Below, piece by piece: positions 30,130 through 43,136 of a stretch of DNA of 64,000 nucleotides. The first letter of the stretch is position 1, and each line of letters begins with the position of its first letter. The notes below the pieces were generated by a model, which saw nothing but the letters and a program-made list of their open reading frames with translations, was not told the origin of the DNA and ran no database searches. Both the position numbers and the translations under genes were made by a program. Where the stretch lies: NCBI GenBank assembly GCA_964016885.1, contig OZ024745.1, forward strand, positions 39,432,001 through 39,496,000, given 5' to 3'. The stretch is from Eledone cirrhosa. Lineage: Eukaryota.

Positions 30130-33100
30130 ATGACCTCACTCAGAATAGGCAGCATAAATGCGCGTGGCTTGGGGTCGTCATGGAAGCAGGGTCACCTGCT
30201 CAACGACCTCAGGTCACTAAACATAGATGTAGTGGCCATCAGCGAGACCAGAATCTCCGAAGCACGGGCCTTCACACCGATCTTCGGCGGCTACGATGTG
30301 TACGCATCTCCCAGCCGTCCTGGATCTGGTGGAGGAGTTGCTGTGCTTTTTCGGAGAGGTTTGGATCTCGCCATACGGGCCATCTTCCTGGACCCAGAGG
30401 GTAAGCTGGTGGTGCTGGACGTGACCAGCGGAGACGGGCAAGCTTTCAGGCTAGTGGCCGTCTATGCCCCGACAGGAGCAGGGCGGCCTGATTTCTTCCG
30501 GCGTCTGGAGACCTTTCTTGGAACGTCCCGCTCTTTAGTGTTAGTGGGCGACTGGAACGGGATCTTAGATGCACGCTGGGACTGTGTGGGATTAGCGGAT
30601 AGGGGTGGAGGGTGCAAGAGCCTCACCAACCTGCTCAGGCGTTTTGAACTGTCTGACAGGTACCGATTGGATTTCCCGAATGTGCCAATGTGGACTTGGA
30701 CAAACCGCATAGGGTCATCCAGATCATATCTAGATAGAGTATTTTGTAGGGAAATAGATAGGTCTAGCATAAGCTGTCCACAATTCAAGATAGTCAGCTA
30801 CACGGACCACAAATTCGTGACCTGTGTGCTTGACTTAGATAGGCTTCATAGACGAGGACCCGGCTACTGGAAGCTAAACGCGTCCTTACCAGCGCGCAAG
30901 GCCTACAGAGACCGGATTAGCGAACTAGTTAAGCGGGCGTTGACGGGGGCCATCGTCAACAACAAGTGGTGGTTTGCTCTGAAAAGAGCGATTAGAATAG
31001 AATCGATCAGGTTTAGTAAGGCTTTAGCAATAGAGAAAAATAGAGCAGAGGGAGAACTAGTTAGAAAATTAGACGAGGCGCTTAGCAAAGGCATTGCGAC
31101 CGACGTGCTTGCGGCGAAATTGGCCCTTGACCAATTCTTCAATGCAAAGCACGAAGGCTGCGTTGTCAGATCTAGGGTGCGTGCTCTCAGACACGAGGGG
31201 ACGAAAGCCGTTCAATGGGCCCGAGTGGGGGAGGCGCGTCGTGGCAACAAAGCCACGATCCGGTCTTTGGTGGACCACGACGGGCGCATGCTACTCGATC
31301 CCGGGCAAATGTGTGAAGCTTTTCAGCGACACTTCGCTCAGCTGTTCGGGGGCAGCGGTGGGCCGGGTAGGGGGATGGACTTTAGTGTCTACCTCGACGC
31401 ACTGCCGCGGCTCTCGGCCACTGAGGCGAAGTGTTGCGAAAAGCCGATAACAGCCGCTGAAGTAAGGGAGGCAATGACTGGCTGCACAAGGGGTAAATCG
31501 CCTGGTTTGGATGGTCTGCCCTATGAACTTTACGTACAGATGCCAGACTTGTTCGGAGGCCTCTTGGCGGACGTCTACTGCAACTGGCAACAGAACGGGA
31601 GAATTCCCAGTTCTGTGAGCCGAGGAGCGGTGGCACTGCTGAGAAAGGATCCGAACAAGGGGGATAACATAGAAAATTTCCGGCCCATAACTCTGCTAAA
31701 CACAGAGTTTAAGATTTTGGCCAAGTTGCTAGCAAAGAGGTTGGCGCTTGTCGTTGATGGTCTGGTGGGAGAGGCGCAGACATGCGCCATTCCCGACAGA
31801 TCCATCCACGACAACCTCCACCTCATGCGATACATCGTAGAGAGGGTAGCTAGGGAACCTGGCACGGGTGGGTCCTTGATCAATTTAGATCAGTCGAAAG
31901 GTTTCGATAGGGTCGACCATCGTTACCTAGCGGCAGTCCTGAGGGCGGCTGGCTTTGGGCCCGTCTTCAGAGGCTGGATCGCTGCCATGCACAGCGACAT
32001 CTGCTCTGTGGTGAGAGTGAACGGTCACCTGTCGGAACCGTTCAACATCATGCGCTCGGTCCGCCAAGGATGTCCCCTCTCGTCCCTCTTGTACGTATTG
32101 ACTCTCGAGCCATTACTGCACAAACTGGAGACGTTGAGGGGAGTCCCGCGCGAACTAGGATGCGGAAGATCCGTGTCAGCATATGCGGACGATGTCACCG
32201 TAGTGGTGTCGAACGCCAAACACATCGAGGCGATCGGCACTACACTAAGAGAATACGAAGCGGTGACAGGAGCAATGATCAACCAGGAAAAGTCAGTGGG
32301 CCTGCAGCTCGGCACCTGGAGAGGCAGGTCCATGCCGTCCAACAGCGTCGTCGGACGCTGGACGGACGGACCGGTTAAATTGCTAGGGGTCTGGTTCGGT
32401 CCGGACCTCCAGACGGACAAAAACTGGGACGAGGTGACGAGCAGGGTGGCTTCTCTCACCCAGAAATGGGCCGAGAGGAAGCTATCCCTGAAAGGTCGAG
32501 CGGAGGTGGCTAACGCGTACATCGCGTCCGTCATCTGCTACCGCCTGACCGTCGTACCTTGTCCTAAGCCTCGCCTGACTGCGCTGGAGCGTTTGCTCTT
32601 TCGCTTTTTGTGGAAGGGACGCGCTCCGATGGTCAGGCGGTCCATCTGTTGTCAACACCCGCTACGTGGAGGGCTGGGCATGCCGTGGCTGATGATGCGC
32701 AGGCACGCGCTCAGGCTACGACATCTCCACCTCTTCCTCGACGGTGATCAGGTGTGGTCGCCGTTTGCTAGACGCGTGTTTCCCCAGCTCGTTTCCTTGA
32801 CGGAGCTGCAGTCCTGGGTCAAGCGAAGACCGAGAGGGAGCGCCTGGAGACTGGAATGTCTTCAGGCGCTCACAGCCCTCGACCAATCGGGCAATGTGAT
32901 CAGTGGAAACTCCACCTCGGCGTTCTATATAGGATTAGTGGAGGGGAAGAGCGACGACGTACTTGGGGAAACTCTAGGCGTCGACGAAAATCAACTAGCC
33001 AATCTCTTCGGAAGAACTTTCGGGCCGGGGCCTATGGACAACTTCCAGAAATCTCTGGCCTGGCAGTGCTACCGAGGAGCCTTGCCAGTTCGGGATAAAC

Positions 33101-33549
33101 TCTACAGGCATGGAGGTGCCGTCAGCCGGGCATGTCCGAGATGCGCGCAGGGCGACGAAACCGTCCTGCACGCACTCGTCCAGTGTCCGAAAATTGCTGA
33201 CTTGTGGGTTTATGTCGAACACCTGCTGTCGCGTTTAGGACGGATCCGGCTATCATCTGAGTCCATCGTGAGGATTGCCCCGCCCTCCTTCTTTAGCCGG
33301 GAAGGGCAGGCAGTTTTTATCTGCCTGGTGGCCATGGCGAAAGAGATAGTATGGTGGACACGTTTGAAAGGGCTGAAGACGAGCACTTACCTCTTCGGTG
33401 ATGCTCTGATTGACTTTTTCAAATTTCATTTGAAAAGGAAAATCAGAGTAGAGAGGGAAGTGCTCTCTTCCCAGCATTTTGTTGAAAGATGGGTGAGAGA
33501 AGCAAGAATGGCCCGAGTGAATGGGCCTACTCTGAGTATATATCTGTAA
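30130..33549 (+). CDS. Tx1-like ORF2: APE endonuclease, reverse transcriptase, C-terminal zinc finger, 1139 aa
   Basis: INARG, SET, VYAP, GDWN, YLDR, TDHK; KSPGLDG, FRPITLLN, DQSKGFD, VRQGCPLS, YADD; CPRC..ETVLHALVQC. Confidence 0.97.
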   Translation: MTSLRIGSINARGLGSSWKQGHLLNDLRSLNIDVVAISETRISEARAFTPIFGGYDVYASPSRPGSGGGVAVLFRRGLDLAIRAIFLDPEGKLVVLDVTSGDGQAFRLVAVYAPTGAGRPDFFRRLETFLGTSRSLVLVGDWNGILDARWDCVGLADRGGGCKSLTNLLRRFELSDRYRLDFPNVPMWTWTNRIGSSRSYLDRVFCREIDRSSISCPQFKIVSYTDHKFVTCVLDLDRLHRRGPGYWKLNASLPARKAYRDRISELVKRALTGAIVNNKWWFALKRAIRIESIRFSKALAIEKNRAEGELVRKLDEALSKGIATDVLAAKLALDQFFNAKHEGCVVRSRVRALRHEGTKAVQWARVGEARRGNKATIRSLVDHDGRMLLDPGQMCEAFQRHFAQLFGGSGGPGRGMDFSVYLDALPRLSATEAKCCEKPITAAEVREAMTGCTRGKSPGLDGLPYELYVQMPDLFGGLLADVYCNWQQNGRIPSSVSRGAVALLRKDPNKGDNIENFRPITLLNTEFKILAKLLAKRLALVVDGLVGEAQTCAIPDRSIHDNLHLMRYIVERVAREPGTGGSLINLDQSKGFDRVDHRYLAAVLRAAGFGPVFRGWIAAMHSDICSVVRVNGHLSEPFNIMRSVRQGCPLSSLLYVLTLEPLLHKLETLRGVPRELGCGRSVSAYADDVTVVVSNAKHIEAIGTTLREYEAVTGAMINQEKSVGLQLGTWRGRSMPSNSVVGRWTDGPVKLLGVWFGPDLQTDKNWDEVTSRVASLTQKWAERKLSLKGRAEVANAYIASVICYRLTVVPCPKPRLTALERLLFRFLWKGRAPMVRRSICCQHPLRGGLGMPWLMMRRHALRLRHLHLFLDGDQVWSPFARRVFPQLVSLTELQSWVKRRPRGSAWRLECLQALTALDQSGNVISGNSTSAFYIGLVEGKSDDVLGETLGVDENQLANLFGRTFGPGPMDNFQKSLAWQCYRGALPVRDKLYRHGGAVSRACPRCAQGDETVLHALVQCPKIADLWVYVEHLLSRLGRIRLSSESIVRIAPPSFFSREGQAVFICLVAMAKEIVWWTRLKGLKTSTYLFGDALIDFFKFHLKRKIRVEREVLSSQHFVERWVREARMARVNGPTLSIYL

Positions 33550-33808
33550 ATTAAAGGTGGAAAACTGGGAGAGGGCACTTGCCTTGGTGGTCAGGGTCAT
33601 TGTGGCTTTTTACTGGGCTTTCTCCACAAATGTCCCTCCGAAGTCTCCCCCCTATTGGGGAATTTTTCATTGTTATTTTCATTGTTATTTTTGTTACATC
33701 CTCTGTTTTTGTTTTTTACACGCAGAAATGCCCATTTGTACCGTCCTGCATTGTCCTGCACTGTCCTTAATGTCTACTTTATGTAAACCCTTGTGGTTAA
33801 TAAAGAAA

Positions 33809-33854
<46 letters not shown>

Positions 33855-33871
33855 AGCTGCATTTATCTTGC

Positions 33872-33932
<61 letters not shown>

Positions 33933-33934
33933 TA

Positions 33935-34960
33935 ATCCAGGCATATGTGTGAGGCCTTTAGTCAGCAGTTTGCTCGGCTGTTCTGGGGGAGTAGCAGGTC
34001 GAAATCGTTGGCCGTCTTCACTCCCTACGGTGATGACCTACAGTGTCTCTCGACGGCCCAAATTGAGCGCTGCAAACGGCCGATAACTTCAACCAAAATT
34101 CGGGATACACTTCTCGGCAGCATAAAGCTGAAGGTTTTGCTGGGTAGCCCTACTAGGTTAACATAGATATGGCAGACTTGTTCTCATATCTCCTTGTAAC
34201 AATCTACTGTAACAGGCAGCAAAAAGGAATTATTCCCAATTCTGTGAGCCGAGCGTTGTGACAGTGATGCAAAAAGACAAGAACAAGGGAGACAAGCTAG
34301 ACAACTTCAGTCCCATAACCCTACTGAACATAGAGTTTAATAGTTTGGTGAATGTGTTATCGAAGAGGTCGGCGCTTGTCAAACTAACGCAATCCCCACC
34401 TAGGTCATACACGATAACCTCCACACAATGCGACACATCATCGAGATTGTCGAGTGTAAACCAACTTCGGTGGATATTTGATCCATTTAGATCAATCGAA
34501 AGCTTTCGATAGAGTCGACCTTCGATACCTGGAGTCAGTCCTCAAGGCAGCTAGCTTCGGTGGTCAAAGTTAATCGTCAATTTTCTGAACATTTTCTGAA
34601 CTGTCGATCGGTCCGTCCAGGCTGCCCTCTCTCCTCCCTTCTCTCGTGCTTTTACTGTGGAAACTGGAGCTGCTGCAGGGCATACCACTCAATCCGGACA
34701 CCTCAGAAGTCGTAGTGGCTGGCACCGTCCTGGAGTAATCTGAAATATTTACGGCAGCGGTAACTTCCACAAATCCTTCGCTTGGTAGTGCTACCAGGTG
34801 GAACTGCCGGTTCGAGATAAACTCTACAGGCATGGAAGTGTTGTCAGACGGACCTGATGAGATGCGCGCCGAGCGTCGAAACCGTTCTGAACGCAATCTT
34901 CTAGTGCCCGTGTACTACTGACTTGTGAAGTTATGTCGAACAGCTGTTGTTGTGTGCAGA
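33935..34960 (+). pseudogene. Old internally deleted Tx1 ORF2 remnant related to the upstream element
   Basis: Patchy colinear similarity to 31300-33240 (MCEAF, NFSPITLLNIEF, DQSKAFDRVD, RDKLYRHG). Confidence 0.85.
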
Positions 34961-35469
34961 GGTTTTCCGGTTTAATATCTACTCCATTGTACATTTCACA
35001 CTTCAGACCAAATATTTTGAATAGATTTTAAGGTAATTCATGGTCACAAAATACAATAGGACTAACGCCATGCTTGAATATATTCGAAATATTTAATACC
35101 ATTTTATTGGTAAAGAAAATATATATAATGTTCATATTTTTCTTTTCTGTTTCTCTCTTCAATCGACTATATGTGTAAATTAATAAGTTTATAAACTCAC
35201 CTTAATAAAGACAAAGCACTCCTCTCTTTCTGAAGTGAATATTATAATAGTTTCACGAGTTTCTATGTTTAAATATTTTACGAATTGTTTAAAAATAAAA
35301 TAAAGACATTGGCAACAAAATAACAGATATAAATTTGTAAAGTGTTTACGATGATCTAATCTGTCATATATTGCATAGTATGATATTCTACGACACACAC
35401 ACACATACACACACACGCGCGCACACACATATGAATATAGAAGTATATACACACACATACACACACGCT

Positions 35470-35521
<52 letters not shown>

Positions 35522-35534
35522 CATATATATATAT

Positions 35535-36283
<749 letters not shown>

Positions 36284-36666
36284 GTATATATACATATATG
36301 TATATTATAGCTGTTGTAAATAATATATATTTTCTTATCATCTCTCAGTGTCATTGTGTTTGCTCTCTCATATTTTTTTCAATTACCGTATTCTTTTATA
36401 AAATATTGTTGCATTCACACAGAAGATAAATGAGATATTCTCGAATGTGTCGTCACTAATATAATTATACATGTAGTCAGATAGAGTATTGATTGTATTG
36501 ATCAGATACAGTAGATTGGTTGCAACTGATACACTCTGTACAAATGGGTGACACTAGTGATGCTAATTTAAATGTTCTAAAAGCATGTCATGACATGGTA
36601 ATGGTATCAATGCAATGGAACACAATATGGAAGTTGGAACATGAAATTATTATATTAATACATAGT

Positions 36667-36880
36667 TTGGCAGTATCGGTAGAGTGTCGGACACCATGCT
36701 TTCAAGCATAGAGTTACGTCCCTTTATGATCTGAGTTCAAATCCCGCTGAGGTTAACTTTGCCTTTCATCCTTAAGGGGTCGATAAAATAAAGTACCAGG
36801 CAGGCACTGGGGTCGATTTAATCGACTTTCCCTTCCCCCCATATTGCTGGCCTTGTGCCTATTTAAGAAACCATTATTAT
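36667..36880 (+). mobile_element. tRNA-derived SINE, subfamily variant with extra 3' segment
   Basis: A-box, B-box, core and ATT tail on the plus strand. Confidence 0.85.
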
Positions 36881-37087
36881 ATTCATGTATATATATATAT
36901 ATATATATATCTGTGTATGTGTGTGTGTGTGTGTGTCTGTGTGTGCGTGTGTATATATGTGTGTGTGCCCCCGTGTGTGTATGTGTATATATGTGTGTAT
37001 ATATGTGTATGTATGTGTATATATATATATATACAGAGAGAGATGTATATGAGAGAGAGAGTGAGAGAGAGAGGGAGAGAGAGAGAG

Positions 37088-37127
<40 letters not shown>

Positions 37128-37223
37128 GTCAATAGCAGGATAAGAATGATGGGATGAGTGAAGGGCTTTTTATTAAGGCAATGTACCAAATGTACCAACG
37201 GAAATTAATATATACGGTATACA

Positions 37224-37309
<86 letters not shown>

Positions 37310-37582
37310 ATATATAAAATATGTCTATTCACACATCTATCTGACTTGCTTTACATACATTTTTTCCTGTCACATATTGTCATTCTCTCATATTATTTCC
37401 ATATCATAATTATCGAAAACTCACCATTTATGCTGCAGCGTTTCATTGTATGTTACACAAACCCTCGGGAGAAGAGAGTTGACATAATGGTTATCATAAT
37501 TAAGATCTCGAAAGTTTCTAAGGATTGCGTTGCAATATGTGTTGATCCGACACTCTTTGATCAATGTGTGTATGTGTATATG

Positions 37583-37698
<116 letters not shown>

Positions 37699-37897
37699 TA
37701 AACGGAATAGAAAATGCTGACAAATTGTTCACAGTGAAAAATAGTTTAATTAGGAATAAGTGATAATTAGTAATAGTATTGGTTAGTATTAAGTTTGGGT
37801 TTTAAGTTTTACCGGTTGCGCATTGCTAATGCTTTTCAAAAATAATTTGAGATAGAGCGTCCGTGATGTTTGCTCTGATCTATATATATCTGATATA

Positions 37898-38042
<145 letters not shown>

Positions 38043-38051
38043 TGACAGACG

Positions 38052-38880
38052 TAGATATCTATCTAGGGCGGGTAAAATCCTCGAGATCCATGGACGAGTT
38101 CTCTCCAGCGGTATCTGTCCCTCATTATCACTGCCATGTCCTGCGTCTCCAACAGACCATAGGGCATCAACATACATTAACCTTGGTCTTCCACTTCCAG
38201 TGTGCCCATGTAGGGGCTCCCACAGGAGCACTGAGTACAATGTCAACTCTGGATATCGGTGAGCATGTCCAGCTAAACTCAATATCCTCTCTGTCACTTT
38301 TTCGCTGACTTTTGGGAGGCTCCCATACAGCTCTGAGTTTTTCATCCTCAGTGTATATTGATTAATGTTCAGAGGCAGCCTCAGCATTCTCGTGTAGCAC
38401 CCATCCAACATCTGACTGAGTTACTTAGTCAGTGTCCAAGTGTTAGACCCGTACAGCAGCACACACTCCACTACAGCAATGAAGAGGCGGATGTTCAGAT
38501 CTTTACGAAGGTCCGACTTCCACACCGATCTCAAGCTGTGGCACGCGGCCCAGGCTTTGCTCTGCCTCTCAACCACATCATCTTCCGTATTCCCAATTTT
38601 TACTCCCAAATACAGGAAGTCCTCAACCAATTCTATCAGATTCCCGCCTACATCAGTGAACCCCTCTGGCTTCTCAAGATTCTCTACCAGATATTTTGTT
38701 TTAGTCTCATTCATTCTCAGCCCCATACTCATCGACACAGTCTCAACCTCCTGCATCAAATCCTCTGCCTCCTTCACTGTATTTGTCCGCAAAATAATGT
38801 CGACGGCAAATTCAGCATCTGATACACTTTTCGCCTAATTACACTGACAAGGAGCAGTCTGGTCGTTATGACTCTGCTGG
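38052..38880 (-). mobile_element. RTE-type LINE 3' portion
   Basis: EFAVDI (from FADD), GLRMNETKTKY, DFLYLG, LLYGSNTWTLT, LAGHAHR, GRPRL; (TAGA)-like tail. Confidence 0.88.
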
Positions 38881-38949
38881 CTTAGAGCCACAGAGAAGGC
38901 CAGTGGATGATGGATCAGCTGTCTCTGAGACAAATATAAATAATGCAGT

Positions 38950-40840
38950 TTTGTCCTGCAGAAGAGCCAGAAAATGGGAACTTTGAATGTGAGGACTATT
39001 CGGACGCTGGAGAAGAGAGAGGAGTTGGGACATCTGTTCGAGGAGAGTAGTATACAGATACTTGCGATCCAAGAACACAGGATCCTATACGATGAGCCCG
39101 TGAGGAGTGTGATGATTGGGAAGAGGAGCCAGCCCATCACCACATCGGCAGTGAGGAACATGACCAATGCTGCAGTGGGACGGGTGGGTTTTGTTTTCAG
39201 CACAAAAACCAGTGTATTGGTGAGGGAAATAATGCCTGTCTCCCCGCGAGTGTTGAGGGTGACAATCAATGGAAACCCAAGACTGACAGTCATCTCAGCC
39301 TATAGTCCAACCGAGGTAGACAGTGATGTGAGTGCGGAAGAGTTCCATGAGGATGTGTGTAGAGCTGTCAATGCCACTCAAGCACGCAACATCCTGCTTG
39401 TTTTGGGGGACTTCAATGCACATCTGAGTAAGGAGGGAGAGTGAAGATCCTTGCTGGTACTTCTATAACAACACCAACCGAAATAGAAGACTACTGAGAG
39501 ACACCCTGCTGGAAACGAACTTGATAGCGACCAACCTAAGGTTTAGGAAGAATCGGGGAAATGTGGACCTACATCTCAGATATGCACCTGCCCAAGTCCC
39601 AGATTGATTTCATTCTGGTGAGGAAAAAGTGGTGGAATAGTGTTCTGAACAGAGAACCATACAACTATTTCAATACATTGGGTAATGACCACCGGCTTGT
39701 TATGAGTGAGGTCCGGGTGAGCTTAAGAAACAGCAAGGCTCAGCCCCGGAGAGCAATCTATGACTGGGGAGCTTTCAAGGAAGATGATAAGCTACAGAAC
39801 AGGTTCGCAGTGGAAAAGTCAGGAACAGGTTCAGTGCTCTGTGTCAAGAGACAGAGGAGAGAGAGATTGGATGGACTGAAGAGAGTGTGACGAGGAGGTA
39901 CGGGCACTTCACGAATGCAGTGTCGGAAGCAAGTGAAACACTGGTGCCGAGGAAAAAGAACAAAAGGAAGCACGTCAGCTCTGCAAACCCAAAAGTGTGT
40001 GCAGGCAGAGAAACCAGAAAGCTGCCAAGGATCAATTCTATGCTGATCCTCCGGGGGGTTGATGGAGACTGTGGAGGTGATGAGGGAATAACTGTGTACC
40101 GCTTACACTGAGGCCAGAGAGGAGGCACTGATAGAGAAGATCAGATGTGTGGAGAGAGCGGTTGACAGATCTGGATGTAAGGAGAGCTGGATGATCATCA
40201 ACGAGATCACAGGGAGAAAGAGAAGGTGTTCGAGTCAGATTCAGGGAACGGGGCCCGAGGATAGGAAGAGGAAATGGCTAGACCATTTTAGGACCCTACT
40301 ACGAGAGCCACCCTCCACAGCCCAGAGCACTGGGGAGATCAGGCGGATGTTTTAGGAACTGGATATTGAGACAGAGCCCTTCACCAGAGAGGAGCTTCAG
40401 AGAGCCAAGAAGAGGATCAAGGAGGGCAAGGCTCAAGGAGAGGATGGAGTGGCATCAGAGGTGATGAAGAGGTGTGATTTGTATATCAACCTGGGGTTCT
40501 GTAACCAGGCACTGGAGAACGGAATTGCCCCGAATCAGTGGAGGATCAGTAACATCGTCCCAGTGCCAAAGAAGGGAGTTCTCTCTAACACCAACAACTA
40601 CAGGGGCATCTCAATGACCTCACTTGTGGAAAAGACCCTCAACAGGTTGATTCTTAACAGGACCCAGCCTGAGATGGAGAATAAGCTCATGGACAACCAG
40701 AAAGGCTTCAGAGCAGGAATATCAACCACCTTCCTGCGGTCATGGTTTTCATTGACTTTAGGAAGGCCTTTGATTCTGTGGAGCCTCACTGCCTGATGAA
40801 GATCTTACAGGCTTATGGAATCCCCAAGAAGATAGTGGTT
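38950..40840 (+). mobile_element. RTE-type LINE endonuclease and N-terminal RT portion, degenerate
   Basis: GTLNVRT, IQEH, AYSPT, GDFNA, IDFILV, NDHR, NYRGIS, FIDFRKAFDSV. Confidence 0.9.
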
Positions 40841-41338
40841 CCATTTTCCTATTGTTGGTTTGGCTCGGTGACCTTTGGATCAGCCGCCTATATCACACGA
40901 AATAAATTGAAATATTGAATAGGGTGATGCGCATCTAAATTTTCTGCATGTACTTCCTTGTGTGGAAGAGCTGATACATTTTTGATGATATAGATTTGTA
41001 TTTGCATTCATGGAAAGAGTATAGGCAATTTTAATTGTATATAAGTCAAAGCCCTTTCTCTATTTGTTGCCTTCAGGGAAATATCTATCTTTCAAAGCTA
41101 AGAATTAATTTCGTACCTTGATATTAACATTTAGTGAGAAGGGGTATGAAACCGTAACATTCTTCTATTTCTCTCTCCTATAAATAGTTCAATGGTGTTG
41201 GTTATTGTAGGCGAAAATGTTATGTTTAACATACATTCACACTTACATGCATACACATCCAATTACATGCATACACATACATTTACATGAATACATACAT
41301 ACATACATATATATATGCTCTATATATGCATATATATA

Positions 41339-41425
<87 letters not shown>

Positions 41426-41618
41426 ATATATGAAAAGTGTAAGTTTCTACACAAAACGAAGATTATAGAGAAAATTGAGGTTGGTAATGGCACATGGAAT
41501 ATATAAGAGACAGAATACTTTTTTGTGAAAAAACATATAATTTTATAAGGTAAGGAAAGAATAAAGGGTATAAAAAATGATATATATATAAATATATATA
41601 AATATAGTTTACATTTAC

Positions 41619-41700
<82 letters not shown>

Positions 41701-41703
<3 letters not shown>

Positions 41704-42078
41704 ATATTAATAAATGGAAACTATATTTATAAAACCATAATTATTTTATTATATATACTCAAGGCCAACCAAGGCAAGCTTGGTGCGCTTTCAGCAGATG
41801 ACATACAAAATTTGTTTTATAAATAGTGACACAACCGTGGAAAACAACCTTGACGGTTATGTCACTATTTATAAAAAAAATTTTGTATTTTATCTCATGA
41901 AAGCGCACCAATATGGCTTGGTTGCCCTTGAAATATCTATAATAAAATAATTATGGTTTTATAAATAGAGTTTCCATTTATTAATATATTGATATTTACT
42001 GCAGCAAACTGTTCAGTGCTCTATATCAGTTATAAACTTTTACGTTTGTTGGAATCCCAATAAATTAAATATAACTCC

Positions 42079-42081
<3 letters not shown>
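41701..42081 (+). mobile_element. Fold-back element (~130 bp arms + ~90 bp tail) with mutated hammerhead cores
   Basis: 41701-41831 is inverse to 41860-41990. Right arm reads CUCAUGA-AAGC..CCUU-GAAA-UAUCUA-UA. Same family as 43973-44404. Confidence 0.82.
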
Positions 42082-42133
<52 letters not shown>

Positions 42134-42804
42134 GGATTAACAAATAATAGTTAAATGCAGTCCACTTAGGTGAAGTCCAGTTATGGTATTCCAGGTAGTG
42201 GATGATATTAACGCTTGGCTTGGTTTGACTCAACAAGGCGTTTTGATAGTGATGCTGCGGGTATGCTGTAATTCCTATGTTGTAAACACTTGGAGTAATA
42301 ATAAATCAGGAAAGAAGGTTTACATGGTTTGCTATACAAAAAAAATTTTTAATCACATAGCTTACATTTGTTTCACTGAACTGGTATGTCTAGAGATCGC
42401 TATCCGCTTAATTTTGCGTTACTCGATCGCCAATACAGAATTATAACCAGTCAGATCTTCGGAGCATGCGAGAATGAAGAAAATACACAGGCAAGAAAAG
42501 AAATGAAAATACATATATACATATATATAGCCTCGACAGAAGAATACTGCTCGACTATGGCAGACAATATATATACCCAGGACACCATAATAAAATATCA
42601 ATATATGGAACATTACATTCATGTAACATTCTTTCCTTATTTTAATTTATATTCCATTTGAAATTCCGATGAGATGCTCTAATTGTACCTAAGTTAATTA
42701 TTTTCAACTGAACCAGATCAATAATGATCTATAATCATTTGATCCAGAAAGATTTTATGGAGTAGCGAAACAATTGTAAACGGACATTATTATTATTATT
42801 AATC

Positions 42805-43020
42805 AAGGCCAGCAATTACCCAGTGCATTACTGGTACTTTATTTTATCGACCCCGTAAGGATCAAAGGCAAAGTCAACCTCGGCGGGATTTGATCTGAGT
42901 TCAAATCCCGCTGAAGTTGATTTTGCCTTTCATCCTTACAGGGTCGATAAAATAAAGTACCAGTAATGCACTGGTTAATTGCTGGCCTTGTGCCTAAAAT
43001 AGAAACAATTATTATTATTA
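42805..43020. mobile_element. Head-to-head inverted SINE halves pivoting at the B-box
   Basis: 42805-42893 is inverse to 42901-42989; (ATT)n on both sides. Confidence 0.85.
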
Positions 43021-43136
43021 TTCTCTACATTCCTTACATCAAACTAAAACTATGTTGACAATCTTTTAATAATGTCTTCCTAGTGAAATGTGTGGTCTGG
43101 TTTTGCTTAACTAATGAATATATATATATATATATG

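Larger units (their letters stand above)
27783..33810 (+). mobile_element. Full-length Tx1-like (L1 group) non-LTR retrotransposon inserted in (ATT)n
   Basis: 215 bp 5' UTR, two uninterrupted ORFs, 3' UTR with AATAAA at 33799-33804, and (ATT)n on both flanks. Confidence 0.95.

Noticed and set aside
28240-33600. Antisense and overlapping ORFs inside the Tx1 element
   Set aside because: Expected shadows of GC-rich, low-complexity coding sequence.
37452-37530. Degenerate hammerhead-like strings here and at ~43478-43500 and ~54596-54625
   Set aside because: Cores or cleavage triplets are broken; too weak to call individually.
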